A stretch of DNA of 63,999 bases, filler included, from Basidiobolus ranarum (taxonomy: Eukaryota), in assembly GCA_040143965.1 (NCBI GenBank). It is 7 parts of 7 records of this genome, joined end to end, with 100 filler letters (N's around TTAATTAATTAA, not from the genome) between each part and the next. Parts side by side here need not be neighbours in the genome. Positions count along the whole stretch, not along the records: positions 36,763 to 45,839 come from JASJQH010000876.1; positions 45,940 to 54,999 come from JASJQH010000877.1; 5 more parts are not named here. One strand, written 5' to 3'. The position numbers and the translations under genes were made by a program. Each line of letters starts with the position of its first letter. The first letter of the stretch is position 1. Positions 36,936 through 50,850 of this stretch are shown piece after piece. The notes below the pieces were generated by a model. It worked only from the letters and a program-made list of their open reading frames with translations. It was not told where the DNA came from and searched no databases.

Positions 36936-38010
36936 AGAATCCCAAGATATTTTATAATTTTATTACTTAACTCGAACTGGGTGAGATTGCAACTTGTGTT
37001 GTACATTGTGTAATTTACTATTAGCATCTTCCTTACAATAATACTACTAATCATCCCATTTCCTTCGTATTTCATTCCCACGCGAAACAATTGAGTTTTT
37101 TTAGACATCAAAGTAATAAAGAATTACATTTCTTTCAATAGAGTGATTAGAACACAGACATTTTATCATCATATTGCAATGTTATTTAATGCTAAACCTT
37201 GAGTACGTAATGGTAGAATGTACCCAGGAGTGTGCCAAACACTTATCTAACCGCAATAGCATAATAAATTCACATGACTAAAAGGTAAACGCCTTGAGGT
37301 GAAGCATATGTACACGATGTAGGAGCTCATCGATTTACCCGGTTTTTGTAGGTTTAAAATCACTAGGCCTGTTTCTGTGAGAAAACCTCCATGACAGCAG
37401 GAATCAATGGATGCGACATCATTTGTTGGTTGTCCACTTTCAGGCCAACGTCATATTTTAGGGGAACAATATTTGATCATACTAAATATATCAATAAGAG
37501 CCAACCTTTTAAATGTTTCGGATGTTTCTTTTTGATCCGAACGATGGGATAATAGATAACTGGGAGAAAACTGTGATATTGAAAGCTTTATTATCAATCC
37601 AAATAATATATGAGTAATATACTGATTTGAAGGAATCCAAAATCTAGCAGTTTGGCCATCGCCTACCTCTAAAACTCACACTATCTGCACCTGTGGCATC
37701 AATGTAGAGAAAGTTCATATCAATTTTCGGCTTCCCAAGATTAGCATGAGGCAGGAATTCATGTTATATTCACGCAGTAAAGTAGTAACAAATCATTGAG
37801 AGCCTGCATAAATATCTGATTCGACTAACCAAAAATACGTAGGTTTGATGTCTGTATTCGACAACTACATGAATGTGATAGTGAGGTGGCGATATGTATA
37901 AATAGTCGGTGGATGTGGGATGTTAGCAACTGTTCTTCCCATTCTTTGACTTTTTGCTTTCAAATCCCCATACCTTCCCATTCAATAACCCCCTTTCTCA
38001 GCCTAGCAGC

Positions 38011-39960
38011 ATGTTCAAAACAGAAGGAGAATCCTTCACTACTAATCAACAACGAACAGGTGCGTAATAGAGATGGAGATCAGAAGGAATAAAATGAGTA
38101 ACATGATTTAAACCATAGATGTGGACCATGTACTATTTGTTATCCATGGAATTGGACCAATATCTGGCGAAAATCAATTTGAAGAGCATGGTATGTAACT
38201 CACATCAAGTAGTCGTAAGCATTCTTTGAATTAACCTGACTTTTAGTTAAGACCTTACGTAAAACTATTGAGGAAGTTATCAAATCAGAAGAGAATACCG
38301 AAACCTTTAACATTGAGGTGATTGCCATCGAGTGGCGCTCTGCTCTTCACGATGTTGTCGATCAGTAAGTGATACATTTAATCCAAGTGAAGGAGCTCTA
38401 TTAATCATTAGCACTTTATTAGGCGAATGCAAAGAATTACGCTCAAAACATGCCCGATGTTCCGTTCGATCGGCAATGATTACCTCGCAGACGTGATGTA
38501 CTATTTTACCAATCACAATGGACAACATATTATCAATACTATTGTAACAGCACTGAATGACGAATATGACCATTTCAAAGAGAGATATCCCACTTTCAAT
38601 GGAAGTTTCTCATTATTGGGATATAGTTTAGGTGGTGTGTGCAGTTATGACATTCTTTGCGCACAAGAAGAAAAATTTAATCTGGAAGGAAGAAAACTAT
38701 ACACTGTAGAAGTTCCCAAGTTAAAATTTACACCAAAACACCTCTTCGCCTTAGGAAGCCCCATTGGTGCAGTCATGGTACAACGAAGTCAAGAGTACGA
38801 TGGATATCAAGTTCCCAAAAACTGTACTTTTCACAATATTTTCCATCCATATGATCCTATTGTAAGTAAATATTTTCATGGTCACAACAGTAGTTATGGC
38901 TGCTTATTATTTTCCATTAAATCCACAGGCATATAGAATTGAACCTCTTATTGATGAACGATATGCTGAGATTGAGCCTTTGACAATTGAAAGCTACGCC
39001 GAAAATACGTCCATATTTCGCTCACCATTCAATTTACCATCGCTTCCCAGTGGTTTGAGCGCAATTCGTATTTCATTTTCACTCCCTTCAATCATCCCTG
39101 CCTTAAGCCAATCAGGCAGTAACTCTGATAAAGAGGGCAACCATGATGCGGATATTGCGAATGATGTCAATGCGACTGAACTTCAAACATTGGATGTAGA
39201 TGCTCTGTGTAAAAAGATTCGAGAGGATGAGCCTAGAATGAGATTTTCATATGAATCGAAATGGAGTACAGAAGAACTTAAGCCCGAGAGTTTTCTTGAC
39301 ATGGATAATAAAAGTAATCATTCGGAGCGTAAACATGAAACGGAGAATGTTGATACCAAGAAATCGTCAATTCCTTCACTTTCGAAATCTGTGGATTCTA
39401 ACCCAGAAGATAGAGTAGAAATCACCAGTACTGCTACGTTTGAAGATCGTATTCGTACTTTCCAAACTCAAAATGACCAAACTAAAGTAACGGAAGAGGT
39501 CAACACCACTCAGTCACGCTGCGAAGCTGTGTTTACTGAAAAAGAAGGAATGAAGGTGAAAAGCACTGAACTACCTGAGACGAATTCAACACAAGCCAAC
39601 TCTAAAAGCGAAATAGAGACCTCCTCAAAAACCCGTGACTCAGTGGACGAATCAACGAAAATCAAAACAGGACCTGAACTTGAAGCCAAAGCTGAGCAGA
39701 TCAAAGAGAAAGAGGAGTCTTTACCTGCTCCTATATCCAAGGAAGAACTCCAGAGGCTTCAGAATGGACCTCGTGTGGACCGTGTCCTTCAAGAGGGATT
39801 AGTTACGAGTGAGTATATTACTGCGATGACCGCGCACTTCAATTACTGGACGAATAAAGACGCTGTCTATTATATTCTCAAACAAATAATCAATGAGATT
39901 TCTAACGAAGAAGCGGAAGGAAAACAGCAAGGATGCCAGGAGACCGTTGGAGACGTTTAA
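38011..39960 (+). CDS. DDHD-domain intracellular phospholipase A1 (5 exons)
   Basis: TATAAATA at ~37897; DHVLFVIHGIG, IEWR, ITL...P.FR...ND...DV.YY, lipase motif GYSLG, LFALGSPIG, NIFHPYDPI|AYRIEPLI, RVD..L, HFNYW; GT..AG introns near 38060, 38191, 38365 and 38862. Confidence 0.92.
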
Positions 39961-41024
39961 TTTTCAAGTATTAGAATATCTCGAATCCGTATTTTACCTA
40001 GCCTATGATATATGAAATCTTGATGGTTGTAGTTTGTGAAGTGTAAATAACACTACAATGTAGAAACGAAGCCTGTTGATATGACTGCCACATTCAATAT
40101 TCTATCATCGATTGATTAAAAGAGATAGAACGTAAATACGAACTACTTTCAAGTGGAACTAAGAAGTAGTATTTCAAATCTGCAACGAAGCTTGCTGTAG
40201 ATTATTTGTGTGCTAAATCTATCAGATATGCATAGACTTTCAATAACCCAACTAGGATATCAAATTTAGTACATTATATCGTCATTTACACCTAACGGGA
40301 AAATGTGGAATCTTGGAGGCATAAATAATCTATCTATAGATTTCTGGATCTAGCAAATACAAACGTTACACCACAGTTTCTGAACATTCTACTAATAAAG
40401 TGGACAATATTTCATGCAGTCAATTTGTGTGCCTTGAGGCTCATGCGTATAACCATCTTCTGAATAGAATTTTGGCCGTACATAGTATCATTAAATCTAG
40501 TTCTGAAAAGTCTTGGTGAGAGAATTCCATTTAATAAATTTCAAAAAACCAAATTCCAAAACTTTAGAACAACATTCAGTTGTTACTTTGCTATATCTTT
40601 CGTAAGATGAAGCATGAAAAGTATTTTACAATTAAACGAATAAATATAGAAGGAAATGAACTGGATGTCCACTTCTATAGTGAGCCTAATCCAGTCCATT
40701 TCAATGGCAGCGATTTTACAGGCGGTAAGCAGAATTGATTATAGACAATGAGGGGGAGAGAAAAACGCTAGAGACATCGTTAAGCAAACGCCGAAAAATA
40801 AACAAAAAAACAGAAGGCGGATATTCATCTCGACTCTGGCCAGCCAATGTGGTAGCCATTAAAGATCAACTAGAAATGACACATAAAATGATCAAATTTT
40901 GAGAGTACCCATTCAAGATCCTAAGCAGAGATCGGGTAATTTTGGCAAGTGGTCCCTATAGGGATAATTCGAACCACAACTAATCTAATATTGCACAGCA
41001 CAGGGTTTGACCTACACTATACTT

Positions 41025-42569
41025 CTAAGAAGCATAGACAAATAATTTTCCGTTACTCCAAGCATTTTGAAGCTCTCGTTGACTGTTTAGGTTCACATAG
41101 TCACTGGAACCTGATCGGTACCTTAAGGAGACGGAGTGTTTTTCTAAACGTTCGGCAATTTTAGAGTGTAGTGCGTCATAGGTAATGCAGGATGGAACTC
41201 GAATGGCAATCAAGTCTTCCTCATATTGAATCTTCACCTTGATCAAAGTGGCCATTTCAGAATTAGATTCAACCATGGAAACAGGAGTAAATGGCTCGAT
41301 ATCGGATAATGGAGTGGATACTGATTCGATACTAGGCACAGCGGAACTGATGGAAGTGTCCGAAGATGTGGAAGAGCTAGTGGTCCTTTTATTTTGATCA
41401 GGTACCTCAGCATCATCTTGAGATGGACGACGGTTGGATACGATCCTTTTACGAGCAACATTGGCTTCGTCTTCCCCTGGCTCTTCAAGGCCGAAGAACT
41501 CTCTCAGGACCTTAGACTCCTGGATATACTTTGGTAGTCCGAAAAGTTGCTTGACATAGATATTCAATTCATGACAGCGTCTAATAGTAATGCTTTCGTC
41601 AATCAAAGTTACAGGTCCGGGCATGTAAGGAATGATTCGATATTGACCAGCGCTACCTGCTTCTTTTGGGTAGGCTTTAAGAAGAGCAACATGGAAATCG
41701 TAGAAATCTTCATAAAGCTTGTATAGAACCCGATTATGACCGTCAAGTAAAGTGATTTGAACTTCAAAGTAATAGCACTCATCCTGTTTGAAATATGTAC
41801 TGACACCGGCGCGCGTGGCCTGCTCCCGTGGAGAGAGTCCTTCGATTGATGTCTGAGAGTTATTGGGTCGTAGAGCAAACGATGTGTCTATACTAACACC
41901 ATTCACTTTTGCCTTCTCGTGGAAACGAACTTCATTTTTCTGCTCAACCACGGGAGTGTGTTTATTTGTATTCGATCCCGGAAGCATACCTTCGAGGAAT
42001 TCGTTGATGTTGACTATGGGTAACCCAGTACGAGCATCCTTGATTTCGACATAGGAAGAAGGTAAAAGCCCGAGACCTCCAAGTTTACCAATGTGCTTGG
42101 CTATAAGCCATTCATTGTTGGATTTACCGACGATGATAACATGATCACCGGCCTCTGCACTCAACTCTTCTGGGCTTTGAGACTCAAAGTCATAGAGTAC
42201 GTGACCTAAGATGGCAGGTTGAGCATTAGAGCTATTACGAGGACGGTTAACCCTTGGAGAGGTTTTGGAATCACTGGACCCGCTGATTTTCTTTTTGTCG
42301 ATTACTTCAAAGTAGGAAACTGGAACCATGCCTCTAACTTGGGTCATTGGATTAGTTGCCTCCCACCAGTGGTTATCTTCTTCGTTTCCAATCACGTGAA
42401 AGAAGTCACCCTTTTGAAAGGAAAGTTGATACGGAGTCTCGCTGTGGAAGTTATGAAGAGCGCGGATCACTTTTTTCGGGATTATAACCCCAACTCGATT
42501 GCTATACTGAGAAGTATAAGCCTTTGAAGGGGCTTTTTCCAGTACGTTGTGAATGTTGACATGTGCCAT
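41025..42569 (-). CDS. BEM1: Bem1/Scd2-type polarity scaffold (SH3-SH3-PX-PB1), intronless
   Basis: PKKVIRAL..F......LSFQKGDFFHV and GMVPVSYFE (SH3a); LYDFE....ELS..AGD and GGLGLLPSSYVEI (SH3b); LYEDFYDFHVALL...P.EAG....RIIPYMPGP (PX); IKVKIQYEEDLIAIRVP (PB1). Confidence 0.9.
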   Translation of the reverse strand: MAHVNIHNVLEKAPSKAYTSQYSNRVGVIIPKKVIRALHNFHSETPYQLSFQKGDFFHVIGNEEDNHWWEATNPMTQVRGMVPVSYFEVIDKKKISGSSDSKTSPRVNRPRNSSNAQPAILGHVLYDFESQSPEELSAEAGDHVIIVGKSNNEWLIAKHIGKLGGLGLLPSSYVEIKDARTGLPIVNINEFLEGMLPGSNTNKHTPVVEQKNEVRFHEKAKVNGVSIDTSFALRPNNSQTSIEGLSPREQATRAGVSTYFKQDECYYFEVQITLLDGHNRVLYKLYEDFYDFHVALLKAYPKEAGSAGQYRIIPYMPGPVTLIDESITIRRCHELNIYVKQLFGLPKYIQESKVLREFFGLEEPGEDEANVARKRIVSNRRPSQDDAEVPDQNKRTTSSSTSSDTSISSAVPSIESVSTPLSDIEPFTPVSMVESNSEMATLIKVKIQYEEDLIAIRVPSCITYDALHSKIAERLEKHSVSLRYRSGSSDYVNLNSQRELQNAWSNGKLFVYAS

Positions 42570-44776
42570 TTAGAAGTGAATAGTACTCAATCAAATTTAC
42601 ACAAGAGTGAATGTATAATGACCGAATTGGCTTCTTTCGAATACAGTAAGGATCGACAAGTATAGAATACTGAAAATAATACAGAATTGTATTAGAGAAA
42701 GGATGATTGAGGAGTAGTCGTAGGGATGCAAGTCTAAGGCGAAGAAAGATACTGACTCCAAGATAAACGATAACGGAGATATGAAACTTCCTAGGGGCAA
42801 ACTCCCGTGCTTTTTTATAGTAATGGAAAAGGGCAGGGAAAGTACGTGAATGCATGAATGGATATCGGAGGTATAAATATTAAATAAACAATGAAGTTAC
42901 GCAAAGAAAAAATACCATCATAAGACACCCAGGTACTGAGCAAGCTTCTGAGGCATTCATTGGCCAAGGAGAGGGAAATATTTGTCCCAGAGATGGACAG
43001 AAATAATGCTGTGTAAATAAGCAAGCAACAAAAGTACCACCTAAAGTTATTCGGAGGTTGATGGAGGGATCTTAGAGCCATTAGCTCGTTTGAGAGCAGT
43101 TTCTTAATACAGGTTTGATGTAATACACATGTCAACTTTGTTAAATGGTCAATTGATATTCTCCAATGGCCGTCCATCTCTCACAATTGCCACTCTATCC
43201 GTTAATTAGTAGCTTAAGTACTACTATGAGGGAACTATAAACGTGACATTAATTAATATCTCGACTAACTTGGCCATTCCACTCCTCATCCGTATTAGCA
43301 AGCGATTACTTTATCAAGGCATGATATACTCGAGCTTATGATTATGAAACAACTAATGAACCACAGTATCACACAGTCGGCATCTTATTGGCTCTTAATT
43401 GAGCAGTCCGTACGAGACATCGCACAATACACTTTCTAATTAATAAATTTCTTTATTGATTGCAATCCAATTAGCCTAAAGAAGCAAGTACAAGTTCTTA
43501 ATATTCGGTCTAGCTCATGCTTCATAGATGGTCTGCTTTCCACATGGCTGTCGTAGCATTAAGCTTCGCTGCTTCTTTATACTCAACCTGGTATCGTAGA
43601 GTGCTACTTTTCAGTTGGGGAGTTTTGTAAGCAATCTCTACACAGTTATCGATGAACCGGTGTCCGTTGTATTAGGTAGGGCAGACAGCATGGTTTGATT
43701 CGCATTGTCGAGGTGTACACGGTGATCTCATACTGCCTGATTGTTGTTGCGGGACTCTGTAATCCTACATGAATTTCCTGGGTATACTCAACAATCTGTC
43801 ACATGAATGAATGTAGCTCCACTGGTTGATTTTCAGTCTGGTAGATGGTGGGAGCTCAGCAAATATTTGCATCTGTTCAGTGGAGGTTGTCTGTAGTTGG
43901 GTTGGTGATCTACTGTATTTTTAATGCGATCCAGTATTGCAAGATATCAGGCACTATCCGGGCGGTTTGTTACTTTGCGGAGATTCTCAGGTTAACTCTC
44001 ATAATCCCAATCTGTGTCTGAGCCTGAAAGTTCATGCTGGCTCGGGAATAAAAGACGCTTGTGATGTATCACTATTCCATGGTTCGTGGTGTCAAAACCT
44101 GTTAGATAACAAGAGTAATGGATTTGGATTGATAACAAGATCTTAAATCGCAGTGTATGAAATATATCTCCAGGATTCATTTAGATGATTAAAGTTCGTT
44201 TATGAGGTTAGTTATAGGTATATTAGATGCTCAACGGTCGAACTGTGGAAACTGTACTACTGCCTGTAAAAGGAGACATCGATATTCTTTGTTATTCTCC
44301 ATCACAACAACAACTGTAGCACCAGAGCTCAATCAGTAAAATTGTTATCCAAACATCTCATCTGATTTCGCGTTGATTCTGTGCTATACAGTGTCCACTG
44401 AACATCCTTGCTTTGGTCCCATGCGGTAACTTGAGGGTTCACAATTTCTTGGTTGCTTAAAGATAACATATATAATTATAATTGTTTCTTCCAACTATTT
44501 CGTCTTACTTCAGACTCACGTGGATACTGAAGAGGACATCATTCAGGCTCATGCTTGGAACATTCATTTTGAGATTGATTCATGAAAAATAATATTTTCT
44601 TGTTTATTGATGAATGCTCGTGTCTATTGAACAAATGAAATGACAGAATGTTAAGTTTTCCATTCAAGCTTTTGGTTCTTATAAAGAAATAGCAAATAAA
44701 TGTTACTACTGAAGATATGGTGCATATATCAGACAAATAAAAAATCTATCTAAAATAGCAGACAGATGTACGCAAC

Positions 44777-45291
44777 TTAGAAAGGCATAACAGACTTGGC
44801 CTTGGCCTTGTCTTTGCGTTGTTCCTATGATTTAGATATATAGATTAATACGTGTCTGAAGGACTTCCTCATACATAATAAATTTTGCAGTACCTGGCGC
44901 CAGTGAGTAATCTTTTCCTCCATCTTCAATAGATTATCACGAATCTTGGCTTGTCTGAAAAGTAAAAGGAAAAAGATACTCTATTAATACAGGTCATGAC
45001 GTTTCTAATACATATTGGATATTCTTACTTTTCAACATAGGTTCTTTGGACCTTAGTTCCCTTAGGTGGCTTAACTCTGACTGGCTTGGATTCCTTAACA
45101 GCAGGTAAACCAATGGAGAGGGGGTCGATACCACTGAGTATGCAATTTTTACGCATGTTGGCTTGAATACGAAGCCCGAACTTAGGAGCTCTCCAACGAT
45201 TGTCTACGTATTGTGGAAGAAATACTTTGGGTTCATAAGTTTTTTGAATCTGGCTTAAAGCCTTCTGGGAAATGGTACGAAGAGTGGCCAT
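44777..45291 (-). CDS. MRPL25: Mitochondrial large-subunit ribosomal protein mL59 (MRPL25), 3 exons
   Basis: FLP......WRAPK.GLR.QA..RK, PPKG.K..R, then spliced RQAKIRDNLLKMEEKITHWRQ|EQRKDKAKAKSVMPF*; introns approx. 45028-44957 and 44893-44825. Confidence 0.85.
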
Positions 45292-45460
45292 ATTTTATGA
45301 TAGAGGTTAGCGCCAAAGTTAAGAGAAAGCTAAAGACTGGTCTTTCCTTGATTTTAAAAAATAACTAATCTAACCAACCAGGCAAACTTTTCACGCATCA
45401 TCTCATGCTATATCAATTTTTACCTCATCGTTGGTCAAATTTTTTCGGTCCCCCCGTCCA

Positions 45461-45469
45461 TCACGTGAC
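45461..45469. promoter_or_regulatory. TCACGTGAC E-box upstream of mL59
   Basis: Exact 9-mer about 170 bp upstream of the ATG. Confidence 0.4.
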
Positions 45470-45839
45470 ACAGTCCGGAGTAATGATTCTTTGATTCATG
45501 GAAAGGATTATGAAAATTGTAGGATTATGATGTTGACTTTGGCAATGATTTAATAATATTACAATAGATTTCAAGTGGGTCATATAGTATGGAATAGCAA
45601 TATATGAACATCGGTGAAATTTACATTACAGGTGGGTAAAAATAGAAGGAAAGATTACTTCAAAATGTATGTATAAAGTGGTGCCAATAGAGGTCTATAT
45701 TTCGATTGAATATACTATTATACTCAATGAATTTTATACCTTCGAGTTCACTTCTACCCTCAAAACTGCCATGAGAATTGAGACCCACCGGCCTGGCGAT
45801 TAATTAGATCATGGACCATGGCTAATTAAGCACCAGAGA

Positions 45840-45939
45840 NNNNNNNNNNNNNNNNNNNNNNNNNNNNNNNNNNNNNNNNNNNNTTAATTAATTAANNNNN
45901 NNNNNNNNNNNNNNNNNNNNNNNNNNNNNNNNNNNNNNN
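45840..45939. other. Artificial contig spacer
   Basis: N run with TTAATTAATTAA linker. Confidence 0.98.
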
Positions 45940-48900
45940 GGCAAGGTATTGCTTCCAAAGGTCTAGCTGGAAGTCTATAGCAACAATTTTAGGCTGTTTT
46001 GTTTCATGCAGCTGTAAAGCTAACTCAGAAACCAAAGGATCATCTTGTATTAGGGAGGGATGAAAACACCAGAAGGTGTAATCTTTATTTATCTCAAGTC
46101 AAACTAAACTATATCTGACTATCAAGGTGTCTAGGCAATGCTAATACCAACACTTTCCCCCAACTAAATATTCCTATAAACTAATACTGTAAATATTTCT
46201 TGAACATCTGTCTATCTAATGATTTGATTCATATATCAGCAATCTTGTCTTTGGTACAACAATAAGTAAAGTCAATAACCTTATTCTCTATAGTCTCTCC
46301 AATAAATTGTTGTCCATTATCAATACATATGCTTCTGTTATGAAATGAGGGATTTCTAGCTAATTTGATACAACTTTGATTATCTTGAAATTTATAGTTG
46401 GTAAAGTTTGAGATTAGCCTAGACCTATTAGGAGTTCTGTAAACCTTATTGCCTCTTTTGTTTCTTCACAAGCTGCCATATACTCTGCTTTTGTTCTTGA
46501 AAGCACAACAGTATGATATTTCTTTGAATTTCAAGAAATGAGATATTACAGCAGAGAAATAAGCATTCTTTTAATAAGGAAATTTCTGGCTTTCATTCAA
46601 ATCACAGAATGCATGCTTTGAGGCATTTTTGGTCAAGTTAAGAGTTGTTTCCAATGGGGCTGATACTGGATTACATTCTTCAATTTTAAACATCTTCAGT
46701 ATATCTAAGATTCATTCTGAATGGTTTAAATGTATTGTTTGGTAATTCTATTGATCCTAATTTGGGTTCCTAAATAATGCATCAGTTTATCAAGAGCAGT
46801 CATTTTGAATTTGGCACAAAAGCTGGATGTAGTTCTCTGCCAGTTCTTCAAGTCATTGGTTGCTTTAATAAGGTCATCTACATATAGGCCAATACAATTG
46901 AGTTTGTCTTACCTTTCCTGAACATAATACTATTGTTATCTTCACTCTTTTGGAATTTGTGTGTTCCCAAAAGAGGGTCTATCATGCTATTCCAAGCTTT
47001 TGGACATTGTTTTAAGCAATGGAGTGTTTCCTGGGGTCTGCAAGCGTTTATAGGGTTTTATGAGTCAACAAAACCATCTGGCTGCTCCATATAGATATCT
47101 GTGGCAGCCCACCATTCAAAACGGCAGCTTTGACATCAATTAGATATGGAGTATACTGATATTTAGCTGAAATGGTTAAATGCTATCTGATTCAACTAAA
47201 TTTTGCTACAGGAGCATAAATTTAAATACACTCTATTCCTGGTGTCTGGGAATAGCCTTTGTCTACTAGTTTGGTGTTGTATCTATATATATTGCCATTA
47301 AAGTTCTGATGAACTTTAAACACCAATTGGTGGCCAATTTACTCTCTGTCATCAGGTAAGTTTCTCAAAATACAAGTTTGCTTATGTAGCACAGTCTAAT
47401 ACTCATCAGCGATTACTGATTGACAAAATCTTTCATGAGGGCTATTCAGGACCTCCTTTCCAATGTGAGGCTCTTATTTTGGAGCTGTGCAGGCATATGC
47501 CCAACTTTTTGACTCATTGATATATTGCTTGAGGCTTTTTCTGATCTAACTAGATCTCCCAGTCTGCAATGAAGGTACTACAACTTCTGGCATTGCATTG
47601 GGGGCTTCAGTAAGTTGAATCCTGGTTGAAGGTTTCAATGATATTATATTTTCTTTGTTGTTTTAGTTTGAATCAATTTAAATTATTGGATCAGGAGAAA
47701 ATTAATACTCATGATTATCTGAAGTCATTTCGGGTAAATTATTTGAATTATCATCAAACAAAACATCCCTGGACTTGATCAACTTTGAAATATTGGTATC
47801 ATACAGTCTTTAGGCCTTGGTTGAGTACAATAACCCAGAATTTTGCATTTCTTACTTTTTGGAACATATTTGGACCAATTTTGCAGCATAATTTTGACTA
47901 AAGCAGTATATCCAAAAATTCTCAAATGCTTTACATTAAGTTGAGCTCCAAACCAAGCCTGACACAATCTGCTATTAGACCGACTTCTATTAAAGCTCCT
48001 ATTCTTTTGATATGTAGCTGTAGTAACAGATGCTGCTCAAAAATTATGAGACATATATTGCGCATATATCAAAGTTCTTGTCATTAAAATTCTAATCCAG
48101 TTAGCTCTTTCAGAAACTCCATTTTATTAAAGAGACATGGCTCAGTAGCTTCTTGCTTATTTCTGGAACTTGGCAAAAGTCGTTAAATATAGCTGAAGTA
48201 TATTTTCCACCAGTGTCCCTATGTATTTTCTTAATTCTATCACCAGTTTCAATCTCCACAAGAGTTTGAAAATCTCTCAAGAAAGAGAGAGCTTCTTCTC
48301 TTTCCATACAGTAGACTCATGTGTAGCTTGTGTAATCACAAATAAATGTGAAGTGATATATATTTCCCCAAAGAAAAATTCGACAAAGGTCCACAGAAAG
48401 CTATATGAACTAAATCCAATTTGTGAAAATATTTGATTAAATTAGACCTCTTGTAGGTTTGCCTGGCTTGCTTTCCATATGTGTAACTCTAAAAAGTTTC
48501 CATTATGGTTGGGGGGTTAATTAACATTTCACCCATACACAGTTTTTGATCATTTTGCTCAAAAGGTCTAATCCAATATGGCAAAATCTCTTATGGTGTG
48601 ATAGATAGTTTCTTGATTGTAATCAAGTATATTAACACATAAACCTCTTGGATTATATATCAGTGTGTATAAGCTCTGATGCTAATCTCACAAAGCTAAA
48701 TTTTTCCAATTTTGATAAGTCCTCAGGGTAATTTTGAACTCCAGAGATTAGGCAGTTTTTGATCATTTTGCTCAAAAAATCTATTCCAATATGGCCAAAT
48801 CTCTTGTGCCATAATTGAGTAGCTTCTAGATTGGAATAACTTACACTTATGCATAAGCTGCTTGGATTACATGGAAGTTTGTATTATTTCTGATCCTTTT

Positions 48901-50080
48901 CTCCCACAGCTAAGCAATTCCCATTTTGATCAATATCAGTGCAGCCTAACTTATCAGAGTTGAGTTTTGGCCTTTCTGAGGTAAGCTTGCATACAGAAAT
49001 TATATTTTTGCAATAACTTAAATATGTAGTACATCCTTGAGGGTATGCACTTTCTCCTCAGAAGCACTAGTTAATTTGACTTGAGTAGTCCTCTTTCCAA
49101 TAGCATCCAATATACAGTCAACTCATTTGAAACCATTTCTGACTGGGATTTCTTCATAACCACCAACCAATGCTTTCATTTGTGAAATGTTGGGAGGCTC
49201 TAGAATCAAAATACAATATCTGGTAATCCTTATGAGCTGTGATAGATAGAGCTGGTATGAACAAGTCATTTCTGTTGTAACAACAGTTGCAGATTCAATA
49301 TGTTTCTCTTCTTTGACAATTCTTGTGAAGCAATCTTTGCTTAAGTGGTTTAGGATTTGGCAGCTATCACAAAATATGTTACTTTTCTTCTTGAAGTGCC
49401 TTTGATATTTATAGGAAGGTTTGCCATATCCTGTTGAAGTATTTTCTACATTCTTTTGGTTGGCTCCTAAGGTATTTAAATCTTCATCCAGGAGTGTGCC
49501 AAATACATAATTTAAGTTCAAAATATTAGTTCTTGACTCCAGAGCTGCTACTAGGCTTTAAAACTTGTGTAGTAGTATATTCAGGGCCATAACTATGATT
49601 TCCTTTTTCTTGCAGCAGCCTTTAAATTTTGGTTTCCCAGACTTGATAATTAGTTCCATCAAATTTTTCAAAAGAAGGAAAAGCTCCAGAAATATGAGAG
49701 TGAACATCACAGAGAGAGCAAGCTTGGGGCTCAAATATATATTAAAATATTTTGGAGCCCATTGCAAGTGATTTGACAAATTCAAGATATTAGTGGTATT
49801 CATTTATTGATATATCAATTATATACACTTTTGTCAAGTTGTAAGCAAGCTAACATATGGATTTTGTAATGAATGGTCCTTGGAACATGTGTTCAATACT
49901 GGTGCTTCCATCACAAGCTTGAACAAATATATGTATCTGAGACCCTCTTAGTTGGTCAAAGCCTTCTCAGTAAACTCCAATTGAGAAAACTTGGTAATAT
50001 CTTAGTGAAATATAAGATAACTAAGTACTAGGCTATATATGGCTTTGTAGATGTTTAGGCAATGCTAACTTGAGCACATG
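45940..50080 (-). mobile_element. Near full-length decayed Ty1/copia (third LTR family): 5' LTR ~49740-50078, gag-IN-RT-RH, PPT, 3' LTR from 46152
   Basis: Degenerate PBS at ~49727; zinc knuckle CDSCQILNHLSKDC; integrase DTGGKY; HLRIFGY; DVKAAVLNG; LYVDDL; polypurine tract GGGGGAAAG then TGTTGGTATTAGCATTGCC, matching the LTR at 53781. Confidence 0.88.
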
Positions 50081-50850
50081 CAATATACATCTTGGTCTAC
50101 TCAATGGAAAGAAAAGAAAAAACTCTTTTTACTGGAACTATAATCAAGAAAAAATGTGCTCATCATGAGGGAGCATACAACTCAACACCATTTAATCACA
50201 TTTTAAACTTCATGGAATTAAATAAGAAGCTACTGCTCCCTATTGAACTCAACAAAAAGAAGTTGCTGAAAAGGCCAACAGGATTATTGTTGAAATGGCA
50301 AGATCTTCCATATATGCACAAAATTAAGATCACAATTTTGAGCTAAATCTGTTGCTACAGCTATATATTAAAAGTATGAATACCTCACTTGAAGTCTGTC
50401 TAGCTCAACGTTTTATCAAGCATGATTTATATACAAATTAATTTAAGATATTTGAGGATATTTGGATACATGACCTATATCATAAATATGATTGAAAGTT
50501 GGTCTGAATTGAATCCTTAAAGTCAGAAATGCATATTTTTGGGTCATTGTACTCAATATAAGGTTTAGAAATACTAGGATACTGGTTTGGAAGTTAATGT
50601 AAACCAGGGACATTTTGCTTGAAGAAAATGAAAATATTCCCCAAAATAGTATCAGATGATGAAAAAATCAATTTTCTCCTGATCCCATCATTCAGATTCA
50701 TTCAAACCAAGAGAATGACAGAAGTAGTATATATGTGGACTTTTCAGCCACAATTCAGGCTACTGAAGTGCCTGATATAGTGGTAGCAGCTATGGTTTCC
50801 TTATGCCAAACCAGGGGATCAATTCAGATAAGAAATTATTGTATTTACCA
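50080..50850 (+). mobile_element. Copia integrase fragment
   Basis: Similar to the reverse complement of 47560-48100 (YLRIFGY, KCIFLG). Confidence 0.6.

Noticed and set aside
43500-44500. Moderately GC-rich stretch between Bem1 and mL59 that might be a decayed gene
   Set aside because: No sustained frame or recognisable motif on either strand.
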